Part shown: in pieces, positions 27,863 to 36,488 of the stretch
Position numbering within the stretch: the first letter of the stretch is position 1
Layout of the letters: every line of letters begins with the position of its first letter
Made by a program: the position numbers and the translations under genes
The notes under the pieces: generated by a model
What the model was told of the DNA's origin: nothing
The model's input: the letters and a program-made list of their open reading frames with translations, nothing else
The model's database searches: none
Assembly: GCA_964510105.1 (NCBI GenBank)
Contig: CAZEAI010000001.1
Coordinates: forward strand, 6,200 to 70,199
Source of the DNA: an uncultured bacterium
GTDB lineage: Bacteria; Latescibacterota; MWCZ01
Length of the DNA stretch: 64,000 bases
Direction: 5' to 3'

Positions 27863-28705
27863 GTGACGGCGTTACGTGTAGTTGGCGGGATCGTACTAGC
27901 GGCGGGAGCGGTCTATCTCGTGCTGCTCGCGCTGTTCTATTTCGCTCAGTCGCGGCTCCTGTACATTCCGCACCGGCAACTTACCATCACGCCGGCGGAG
28001 TATGGCCTGGAGTACGAGAACGTCCGTCTGCGCACTTCCGACGGCGTGGGCGTTCACGGATGGTGGGTGCCCTCGCCGGGCGCGACGACTACCGTGCTCT
28101 TCTGCCACGGGAACGCAGGCAATCTCTCTCACCGCGTGCCTCTGCTGGCCGCCCTCCACAGTCTCGGCATGAACGCTCTCGCGTTCGACTATCGGGGGTA
28201 CGGGGAAAGCGAGGGCAGTCCCGGCGAGGCCGGAACGTACGTGGACGCCGCCGCAGCGTGGGACCATCTCGTCTCCGAGCGTGACATACCGCCCGAGGAG
28301 ATCGTCGTCTTCGGACGCTCACTGGGCGGCGCAGTAGCATCGCACCTGGCCCGCGAACGTTCGCCGCGCGCGCTCATACTCGAATCGACGTTCACGTCGG
28401 TACCCGACATGGCGCGGCACTTATACCCGCTCCTGCCGTCCGCGCTAGCGCGTTTCCGATACGCGGCGCTTCAGTACATCGAGCACGTGGACTGCCCGGT
28501 GCTCATCATCCATGGGGAAGCCGACGAAATCGTGCCGATCAAGCACGGACGCCGGCTGTATGACGCGGCCAACGGCGCGAAGCGTCTCATCGGGAAGCCG
28601 GGCGGCCACAACGACGGGTTCCTGGAGTCCGACCTGCCCGGCAGTGGCACGCGCCGGGAGCAGTTCGCCCGCTTCGCCGCCGATCCGCTCAACGTAGGCG
28701 AGTGA
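27863..28705 (+). CDS. Alpha/beta hydrolase (ABHD13/BEM46-like)
   Basis: 'HGNAGN', 'DYRGYG', 'GRSLGG', 'HGEADEIVP', 'GGHN'. Confidence 0.9.
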   Translation: MTALRVVGGIVLAAGAVYLVLLALFYFAQSRLLYIPHRQLTITPAEYGLEYENVRLRTSDGVGVHGWWVPSPGATTTVLFCHGNAGNLSHRVPLLAALHSLGMNALAFDYRGYGESEGSPGEAGTYVDAAAAWDHLVSERDIPPEEIVVFGRSLGGAVASHLARERSPRALILESTFTSVPDMARHLYPLLPSALARFRYAALQYIEHVDCPVLIIHGEADEIVPIKHGRRLYDAANGAKRLIGKPGGHNDGFLESDLPGSGTRREQFARFAADPLNVGE

Positions 28706-28708
28706 TCG

Positions 28709-30592
28709 TCAGCGCCGTCCCGCCCTCAGTAGATACACCGTGAGCGCGGCAAGCGCGGCGATGCCAACAATCTCCGCCAGGTGGGCACTCACGCCCAGTG
28801 TCCAATCATACCGCAGGTAGATGACGACGGCGAGCAGCACACCGATGATCGCCTCGCCCGCAATGAGCCCCGAACTGATGAGGATTCCTCGATCATTGCC
28901 CTCGGACCGAACCATGTCGGCGTCAGCGTCATCGCGTCGGTGCCGATCGACGAGCGTGCGAACGATCCCGCCGAGCAGTATCGGCACGGCAAGCGTGATC
29001 GGCAGATAGATTCCCACGGCAAGCGGCATGAGATGCAGCCGGAAGCCAGCGCCCCGTCGGCGGAGCAGCTCGTCCAGCGCGACGATGACCACGCCGAGAA
29101 CTGCGCCGATCCAGACCATGTCGTACGGGAGGTCCGCGTCGCCGAACAGCCCATTCGTGATGCTGGCGAACAACGTTGCCTGCGGTGCCTTGAGCCCGGT
29201 GCCGATGCCGTACGACGCGTGAAGCAGCGTGAGCACCGGCGCGATCACCAGAGCCGGGATCATGACGCCGATGATCTGTGCGTACTGCTGGAATCGCGGA
29301 GAAGCACCCACGAGGTAACCGGTCTTCAGGTCCTGCGAGACATCTCCGGACGTGCATGCGGCGCAACACACTACCGCGGCGACGCCCAGAGTTGCGACGA
29401 TTGCCGAATCGCCGCGAAATCCCATCACGAGCAGGAACGCCGCCGTGCCCAGCAGCGCGGAGATCGTCATGCCGCTGACCGGGCTGTTGGAACTCCCCAC
29501 GAGGCCGCAGATGTAGCTCGCAACGGCCACGATGAAGAACGACGCGATGAACATGACGACGGTCGCCAGCAACGATATCCCGATGCTGCCGAGGAGGTAT
29601 TCGTAGAGGCCGAACATCGCCAGCGTGGAGATTCCAAGCACCGCTGCGATCGGCGCGATCCCCATGTTCCGGTCAGTGCGCTCCGGTGCGGTGGTGCTCT
29701 CGCCGGCGTAGGAGCCGCGCAGGCCGCTCAGACCGGACGCGATTCCACGGCGCACAGTGAAGATCGACCAGACGCCGCCAACCACCATCGCGCCGACGCC
29801 GAGATACCGGATCTTGCTCGTCCACAGCTCCCATGCCGTGTCGAGAGCGCCCTGCTGCGCGAGTTCGCCCGGACTCCCAAGCAGCGGAATACCTACCAGC
29901 CACCCGATTGCGCCGCCGATGAAGACCAGCGCGGCGATCTCCAACCGCACGATGTATCCAACGGCCAGCAGAGCGGGCGATATGTCGGTACCGAGGAAAA
30001 GCGCACGACCACCAATCTTCGTCGCCCACTCGACGCTACCGGAGATGAGGCCGAGCCCCGTTCCCGCGAACTTGAACAGACCGCCGAGCCCCAGCCCAGC
30101 CAGTATGTCGCGCAATCCCGACCCGCCCGCGGAACCCTCCTCAAGCACCGCCGCGCATGCCACGCCCTCAGGGAACGTCAGCTCCTTGTCGTCGATGATG
30201 AGAGCCCGGCGGAGCGGGATCATGAACATAACGCCGAGGAGTCCGCCGCAGACGGCCATGAGCGTCGTCGGCCAGAATCGGAATTCGTTCCAGACCCCGA
30301 CCAGCACGAGCGCCGGGATCGTGAATATCACACCGGCCGCGAGCGATTCTCCCGCGCTCGCCATCGTCTGAACGATGTTGGACTCCAGCACGCTGCTCCG
30401 GCGCAGCATCCGAAACACGCCCATGGCGATGACAGCCGCGGGGATCGACGCGGAAACCGTCATGCCCGCGTAGAGGCCGAGGTAGACGTTCGCCGCCGTC
30501 ATGACAACGCCGATGACGATGCCGAGCACAATGGCGGTGGCGGTGAACTCGGCGGGCCGACCGGCTGCGCCGCTCACGTCTGTCGTAGTCAT
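28709..30592 (-). CDS. OPT family oligopeptide transporter
   Basis: 'ANVYLGLYAGMTVSASIPAAV', 'FPEG', 'GSSNSPVSG', 'QDLKTGYLVGA', 'APQA'. Confidence 0.92.
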   Translation of the reverse strand: MTTTDVSGAAGRPAEFTATAIVLGIVIGVVMTAANVYLGLYAGMTVSASIPAAVIAMGVFRMLRRSSVLESNIVQTMASAGESLAAGVIFTIPALVLVGVWNEFRFWPTTLMAVCGGLLGVMFMIPLRRALIIDDKELTFPEGVACAAVLEEGSAGGSGLRDILAGLGLGGLFKFAGTGLGLISGSVEWATKIGGRALFLGTDISPALLAVGYIVRLEIAALVFIGGAIGWLVGIPLLGSPGELAQQGALDTAWELWTSKIRYLGVGAMVVGGVWSIFTVRRGIASGLSGLRGSYAGESTTAPERTDRNMGIAPIAAVLGISTLAMFGLYEYLLGSIGISLLATVVMFIASFFIVAVASYICGLVGSSNSPVSGMTISALLGTAAFLLVMGFRGDSAIVATLGVAAVVCCAACTSGDVSQDLKTGYLVGASPRFQQYAQIIGVMIPALVIAPVLTLLHASYGIGTGLKAPQATLFASITNGLFGDADLPYDMVWIGAVLGVVIVALDELLRRRGAGFRLHLMPLAVGIYLPITLAVPILLGGIVRTLVDRHRRDDADADMVRSEGNDRGILISSGLIAGEAIIGVLLAVVIYLRYDWTLGVSAHLAEIVGIAALAALTVYLLRAGRR

Positions 30593-30632
30593 CGTAGCCT
30601 CGTAATCCAGCGTGGACCGTGTGGGTCCTGTA

Positions 30633-32129
30633 TCAGTCTTTGTCCCGGCGGACGCGACTCAGGACCCCGGCGATCGCCTGTCGTTCGCGCTCGTTGAAGA
30701 ACCCGAATACGTAGAGCAGCCCCGGATATCCGGCAAGCACCAGCAGCTTGATCGCCACCCGTGGGACCAGCGGCTCGACAGAAATGAGCGAACCCGCTAT
30801 TGTCACTGCTACGCCAACCAGAACGAGTACCACGATTCGTCGCCACTCATACGGCACAGGATACACCCGATGGGACATGACCGCCGCCAGGATCCCCATG
30901 CATGCGTAGGAGATGACGGTGGCGATCGCCGCTCCCTGGCTGCCATAGCGCGGCACCAGCACCCAGTTGAGCACCAGATTCGCCACCAGTCCCGTTCCGG
31001 AGAACAGCGGCAGCAATCGAGTCTTCTTCGGTATACCCACCGCGGCGGAGAATACCTGATACATGCCGAAGAACACGTATCCCCCGACGATGAATGGGAC
31101 GAGGCTTGCCGCGGACCAGTACTCCGGGCCGCGAAACGCGAGCAGGCGAACGAGTTCGGTTCCGAACACCACGACGAACGCGGCGGCGCCGATGATGGTA
31201 GCGATCACGTACCGCGCACTCAGCGCATGGATTCTCAACGCATCGGCCCGCGCCTGAATCGAGAACAGAAACGGCGTCCACGCCATGCTCGCACCCTCGA
31301 GCACGAGTGTCAGAATCATCGCCACACGGTATGCGTATGAGTAAAGACCCACTTCGGTGAGCCCATGATAGTACTCAATAAAGTACCGGTCTGCTCCGAA
31401 AAGCAGATAGCCTGCGAGATGGTGCGGCAGGAACGGCAGTCCATACGATACGATGCCGCGGAACACATCCATGCGAAACCGCAACCGCGCCGACCGCAAC
31501 AGGTCGGGCAACATCGCGATCGTGATGACGGCGTTGGCCAGAAGCGACGCCTCCAGTACACCCCGGATTCCGCGGGGTATAGCCCAGAGCAGGAGCGCTA
31601 CCAGCGCGGTCGACACGACAACGCCGGCGATGGAGAAGCTCATATTGAGCACCGGCTGGCGCCTGACGCGATACAGCGTGTAGGCTATGCCCTGCGGGCT
31701 CATCACAGCGATGTTGGCGATGGAGAACAGGAAGTAGACGACGTATGTTCGCGAGGATTCGCCCAGCATGAGCCGCGTCGAAAGAGGAGCCGAAAGCGCC
31801 AACACACCCACGACTACCACGGTAAGCGCCAGCCGCCAGAGGAGCCCGGTGCCAACCACGGCCGCTCTGTGCTCCGCGGTGTTTTCGTCGTAGTAGTTGC
31901 GGTTGATCGCCTGCTGCACGCCGGAGTTCAGCACGATCATCACGACAGCGCCCATCACCTGAAGCAACGTCAGCACACCGAGATCGGCGGCGGTGAGCTT
32001 CGCGGTGACGAGCGGCAGGATGATGAAGCTGGCAGCCTTGCTCACTGCCAGACCAATACCGTAGACCGACGATTCCTTGAGGAACTCACGGATCTGGCCC
32101 GCTACGCCTCCATCGGCACTGTCAGCCAT
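30633..32129 (-). CDS. wzx: Oligosaccharide flippase (Wzx/MOP family)
   Basis: Multi-TM; 'YGLP', 'DRYFI', 'VGLYS', 'LNWVLVPRYGSQGAAIAT'. Confidence 0.8.
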   Translation of the reverse strand: MADSADGGVAGQIREFLKESSVYGIGLAVSKAASFIILPLVTAKLTAADLGVLTLLQVMGAVVMIVLNSGVQQAINRNYYDENTAEHRAAVVGTGLLWRLALTVVVVGVLALSAPLSTRLMLGESSRTYVVYFLFSIANIAVMSPQGIAYTLYRVRRQPVLNMSFSIAGVVVSTALVALLLWAIPRGIRGVLEASLLANAVITIAMLPDLLRSARLRFRMDVFRGIVSYGLPFLPHHLAGYLLFGADRYFIEYYHGLTEVGLYSYAYRVAMILTLVLEGASMAWTPFLFSIQARADALRIHALSARYVIATIIGAAAFVVVFGTELVRLLAFRGPEYWSAASLVPFIVGGYVFFGMYQVFSAAVGIPKKTRLLPLFSGTGLVANLVLNWVLVPRYGSQGAAIATVISYACMGILAAVMSHRVYPVPYEWRRIVVLVLVGVAVTIAGSLISVEPLVPRVAIKLLVLAGYPGLLYVFGFFNERERQAIAGVLSRVRRDKD

Positions 32130-32898
32130 TTACGCTCCGTGGGCCACCGGCAGAGCCGGAATCAGGCGTCGGCGAACCCATCCTGGCGCAATAGACGATG
32201 TCCGGCGACTCCGTCTGGAGGGATACGCTCGTGTTGATCTCGTGGACCTCGACCTGCTCGGACCTTGCCCGGATATTCCGCTCGAACGATTCATCGGTTC
32301 GAGCCGCCCAAAGCGCGAGCACGCCGCCGGGGCGGAGCATTTTCATCCATCGATCGAGTCCATCATCGTCGTACAGGCGGGAGTTGTCGGAGTAGATGAG
32401 GTTGTCGGGTCCGTTGTCCATATCCAGCAGTATAGCGTCAAACCGGTCGTGGCCGGCCATTACGTACTCGCCAATGTCCCGACACACTATGCGAGCCCTC
32501 GGATCGAGCAGGGCGTTGCGGTTGTAGGGCCCGAAGTACTCGCGACACCAATCGACTACGCAGGACTCGATCTCCACTACGACGACTTCGTCGACCCAGC
32601 CCGGGGCGAGCGCCTCGCGCAAAGTGATGCCCATTCCGAGCCCGCCCACAAGCACCCGCGCACCCTCTCGTCGGCCGAGAAGGCGCAACGCCTCGACCGC
32701 CAGCGCCGTCTCCGACTCCTGACAGTACGTCGCCATGACGTAGATGCCGTTCACTCGTAGCTCGTAGTGCTTACCGGTCGACAACGCGACCTCGCGCAGA
32801 GTCACTTCGCCGGTGGCACCGGACACCGTCTCGATCAGCGTGTACGCCATCGTATTGTTGGCAATCGGCCCGTCGGCATATGCGTACGGCTGTTCCAT
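32122..32898 (-). CDS. Spermidine synthase-like SAM-dependent transferase
   Basis: 'RVLVGGLGMG', 'VVVEIE', 'FDAILLDMDNGP'. Confidence 0.8.
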   Translation of the reverse strand: MEQPYAYADGPIANNTMAYTLIETVSGATGEVTLREVALSTGKHYELRVNGIYVMATYCQESETALAVEALRLLGRREGARVLVGGLGMGITLREALAPGWVDEVVVVEIESCVVDWCREYFGPYNRNALLDPRARIVCRDIGEYVMAGHDRFDAILLDMDNGPDNLIYSDNSRLYDDDGLDRWMKMLRPGGVLALWAARTDESFERNIRARSEQVEVHEINTSVSLQTESPDIVYCARMGSPTPDSGSAGGPRSVNG

Positions 32899-32956
32899 CT
32901 GAATTGGTCCTGCGTCTCCACTCCGGCTCCGTGCCGGTCCGCGTGGACAGGCGTCG

Positions 32957-33970
32957 TCACAGCCAGCGGCCGAACCAGTCGAACGCCTTTCTGCCACTGA
33001 ACTCGTGAACGCCGTCGAACGCGTCAACATCGAATCGCTCGCCGACGCCTGCCGCATCGTACCCGCGCCGAACGTGCTCGACCGCCTTCATGGCGTCGTC
33101 GTACTCGAAGCATGTATCCTGCTTGCCCACCTCGGCCAGAAGCGGCTTCGGCGCCGCGAGGAGCGCTACGTCCGGAATGTCGCCGTTCGCGGCAAGTTCG
33201 GGCATGTACTGGGCCCCACAGAAATTCGCGCGGCGCAGCCCGTTGGCGATCGTGCTCAGGTAACAGCAGATCGCGCCAACCTTCACACGGCGATCCAGCG
33301 CGGTGAGGTACGTCGTCATCGTCCCACCAAACGAAACGCCCAGACACCCGATGCGGTTGCCGTTCACCTCGGGACGCTCGCGCAGATAGTCCACGCACCG
33401 CATGCCGTCGTGTATCTGAAGCGCGAGCAGGCTGTACCCAAAATACCCCGCCGCGAGGTGAGCGACGTTGCACGAGTCACGATGGGTCCTCGTGTACTCC
33501 TCGTGCTCTTTTCGTTCCCCGAAGCCACGCCAGTCGGGAGCGATGCAGACATATCCACGCTCGGCGAACTGGACCGCGTACTGGTGCTGGTAGTCCTCGT
33601 GCGGCGAAGTGCCGTCCGGGTCGAGACCGACGAGCGGGTTCTTTCCGACACCATGCCCGTGGGCGCAGATGAGCGCGGGATACCGGCGTCGGGCCGGCCC
33701 CTTGGGAACGAGCACCCAGGCGGGAACAGACATATCCGGCTCGCTGTCGAACACGATTTTCTCGCGGGTATACGTCCCACAGTCAACCCGCTCGAGCACC
33801 TCGACGTTGAGCGGCACGGCCTCCGGGAACGGTCCGAGAGCCTTCAGAATCCTCTTGCGGAACGCCTTCTGCCACGTCCCGAAATCCGCCGGGTCCGTCG
33901 CCGTACATGACAATCCCGGCGCCGTCCGCAGGCGGCGTTCCACCCAGTCGCTCATGAGAGATGTGCGCAT
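32957..33970 (-). CDS. Alpha/beta hydrolase (acetylxylan esterase/dienelactone hydrolase-like)
   Basis: 'CAHGHG', 'PDWRGFGER', 'GVSFGG', 'APKPLL', 'GVHEF'. Confidence 0.85.
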   Translation of the reverse strand: MRTSLMSDWVERRLRTAPGLSCTATDPADFGTWQKAFRKRILKALGPFPEAVPLNVEVLERVDCGTYTREKIVFDSEPDMSVPAWVLVPKGPARRRYPALICAHGHGVGKNPLVGLDPDGTSPHEDYQHQYAVQFAERGYVCIAPDWRGFGERKEHEEYTRTHRDSCNVAHLAAGYFGYSLLALQIHDGMRCVDYLRERPEVNGNRIGCLGVSFGGTMTTYLTALDRRVKVGAICCYLSTIANGLRRANFCGAQYMPELAANGDIPDVALLAAPKPLLAEVGKQDTCFEYDDAMKAVEHVRRGYDAAGVGERFDVDAFDGVHEFSGRKAFDWFGRWL

Positions 33971-33996
33971 GCGTATCCTCCGACGCCCGTTGCGCC

Positions 33997-34983
33997 CTAC
34001 GCGCGATCCGGGAGCATATCCTTGACCATCTCCCGTTCCTGCTTCAGCTCATCGACCGACGCATCGATCTTGCCACGCGCGTAGTCGCTGATGGGCAGGT
34101 CCTGCACTATACTCCAGCCCGATGCGCGACGGACCACCGGGAAGCTGCTGATGAGCCCCTCTTCGACGCCGTAGCTGCCGTCGGAGCACACCGCGGCGCT
34201 GAACCAGTCACCCGCGGGCGTCGGCTGCAGCATGCTCTTCACGTGATAGATCGCCGCGTTTGCGGCCGACGCGGCCGAGGATGCTCCGCGCGCCTCAATG
34301 ATCGCCGCGCCGCGCTTCTGGACGGTCTCAAGGAACTCGCCCTCCAGCCACGCGCGGTCGTTCACGACCGTCTCCGCGGGCGTCCCGTTGATCTTCGCGT
34401 GCTCGAAGTTCGGGAACTGCGTCGCGCTGTGATTGCCCCAGATCGCCATGTTGGTCACGTCCGAGACGCCAACGCCCGTCTTTGCCGCGAGTTGCGCCAT
34501 GCCCCGGCGCTGATCGAGCATCGTCATGGCACCGAAGCGTTCGCGCGGGATATCCGGCGCGTTATGCATCGCGATGAGGCAGTTGGTGTTGCACGGGTTG
34601 CCCACAACGAGGGTGCGTATGTCATCCGCGCCCTTCTGGAGAGCTTTCCCCTGCCCGACGAAGATCGTGCCGTTCCCCTGAAGCAGGTCGGCGCGCTCCA
34701 TGCCCTTGCCACGGGGCTTCGCACCTACGAGCAGCGCCCAGTTCGCGCCGTCGAACGCCACGTTCGGATCGTCGGTCATGTCCACGCCTTCGAGCAGCGG
34801 GTACGCGCAATCCGTAAGCTCCATCGCCACACCCTCAAGCGCCTTCAATGCGGGGGTGATCTCCAGGAGCTGCAGGCGCACGGGACGATTTTCGCCGAAC
34901 ACCTCACCGGAAGCGATGCGGAAGAGCAGGCTGTACGCGATCTGACCGGCTCCACCGGTTACGGCTACGCGAATTGGTTGCAT
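33997..34983 (-). CDS. mdh: Malate dehydrogenase
   Basis: '[12 protein letters not shown]', '[12 protein letters not shown]', 'VVGNPCNTN', 'WGNHSATQ', 'RGASSAAS'. Confidence 0.97.
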   Translation of the reverse strand: MQPIRVAVTGGAGQIAYSLLFRIASGEVFGENRPVRLQLLEITPALKALEGVAMELTDCAYPLLEGVDMTDDPNVAFDGANWALLVGAKPRGKGMERADLLQGNGTIFVGQGKALQKGADDIRTLVVGNPCNTNCLIAMHNAPDIPRERFGAMTMLDQRRGMAQLAAKTGVGVSDVTNMAIWGNHSATQFPNFEHAKINGTPAETVVNDRAWLEGEFLETVQKRGAAIIEARGASSAASAANAAIYHVKSMLQPTPAGDWFSAAVCSDGSYGVEEGLISSFPVVRRASGWSIVQDLPISDYARGKIDASVDELKQEREMVKDMLPDRA

Positions 34984-35069
34984 GGTACATCCCCTAACGA
35001 ATCTGGATTCTCGTCTCCGGCGTTCCGTGTAGTGCTCCGCTCCGAACATACGCCGACGGGCTGGAGCGT

Positions 35070-36461
35070 TCAAGCCTCATCAATGCTGCCACCCTCTGAG
35101 GTGCCGCGTACGCCGGAGGCTCCCCGCCACTCCCGATACCAACTCGGGCATTTCGTGTTCCACTCCGGATCGAGTATGTGACGGGTGATACCGAGTCCCC
35201 ACACCTCCCGATTCAGGTGCTCGCGTTCGGCGAAGAACGTTTCAGCCGCGCCGAGACGTTTCTCATTCCACGCGTCCCCGTCGAGCACCGCCCGGTGTGC
35301 CTCGAACAGACGGAGCTTGGACTCGAGTTGGTCGAGGCGCCATGACCCACCGGCGGCTTTCGACAGACCGTCGAACCGGGTCCGCGCGGCGGCTATGTCG
35401 CGCTCGAACGGCTCGCCCCAGCCGGACAGCCACTCCGCCCACGCTTCGGCTTCCGACCCGGCAGCCCCGAAATAGGGCTCCGCGTACGCGCGCAGGACAT
35501 CGTCGGACGCTGCGTACGCGCCTGACGACATGCCACCCAGGAGCGCCTTGTTTACGTCGTCGAATACGCCCTCCGAGTATGCCATGAATCCGGAATACTC
35601 GCGGCCACCGAGTGCGCGGAGTGTCTCGGCGATACGCGAGGGCGCGATGGTCGGCCCCCAGCCACCGTAGAGATCGTGCGGCACGCGGGCGTCCGCGTAG
35701 CCGATGTGGATGAACGCGTGCGACTCGCAGCCGCTGGGATTCGTCGCCGACTCGCCCGGTGCGAGATCGTCGTACGGGATGTACCCGGCCAGCGACCGGA
35801 ACAGGCCCGGGTGCTCGCGGTCGGCCCACTCGTTGAAAAGCCGGTGCTCTTCGGGCTCCCACCACCATCCGATCAGCCGCGCCTCGATATTCGGGAAGAT
35901 GTCCCGCGCCGCGGTGTGGATGTCCTCGAAGAGCTTGCCGAACGCCAGTATCCACGGCGAGCATCGATCGCACGAACACCCGCCGAAATCATACGGGCAC
36001 GCCGAGAGCGACGACACCTCGACTCCCGCCTCGGCGAGATCCTCCAGCAGTTCCGTGTGGTTCTGTATGATGATGTCCCGGGCTTCCGGTATGCTCGGGC
36101 AGAGGAGCTGTCCGAACATCTTCTCGTCGTCCGCCTCGGCAAGCAGATCGTCGCGCTGCTGATCGACATACGCATGGTTCGGCGTCAATACGAGATCGAG
36201 ACCGAATCCCAGGCTCGCCGCGGACTGGAAGTGCTCAATCTTCCGCCGCCGCAGTAGTGGGCTGAAGGAGTAACGGTCATGGCTCGTGAGCTTCCGCGGG
36301 TCCTTGAGTTCGGCGTTGTCGAACCAGTCGCCGTAGTGCGTGAATCCCCAGTGCCGCGCCTCGGCGAGGACCTCGCGCATCTCCCGCTGCCACATGGCCT
36401 CGTAGGAATTTCCGAAATGAGCAGGGCAGTAGAGCTCGCGGTGGGTGAAAGCGTTCTGCAT
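35070..36461 (-). CDS. Hypothetical protein (possible TIM-barrel glycoside-hydrolase-like)
   Basis: 463-aa ORF with genome-typical coding pattern; '[10 protein letters not shown]', '[15 protein letters not shown]', 'YSEG'. Confidence 0.6.
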   Translation of the reverse strand: MQNAFTHRELYCPAHFGNSYEAMWQREMREVLAEARHWGFTHYGDWFDNAELKDPRKLTSHDRYSFSPLLRRRKIEHFQSAASLGFGLDLVLTPNHAYVDQQRDDLLAEADDEKMFGQLLCPSIPEARDIIIQNHTELLEDLAEAGVEVSSLSACPYDFGGCSCDRCSPWILAFGKLFEDIHTAARDIFPNIEARLIGWWWEPEEHRLFNEWADREHPGLFRSLAGYIPYDDLAPGESATNPSGCESHAFIHIGYADARVPHDLYGGWGPTIAPSRIAETLRALGGREYSGFMAYSEGVFDDVNKALLGGMSSGAYAASDDVLRAYAEPYFGAAGSEAEAWAEWLSGWGEPFERDIAAARTRFDGLSKAAGGSWRLDQLESKLRLFEAHRAVLDGDAWNEKRLGAAETFFAEREHLNREVWGLGITRHILDPEWNTKCPSWYREWRGASGVRGTSEGGSIDEA

Positions 36462-36488
36462 GAGGCATTCCTTGCGCGAATCGGGACG

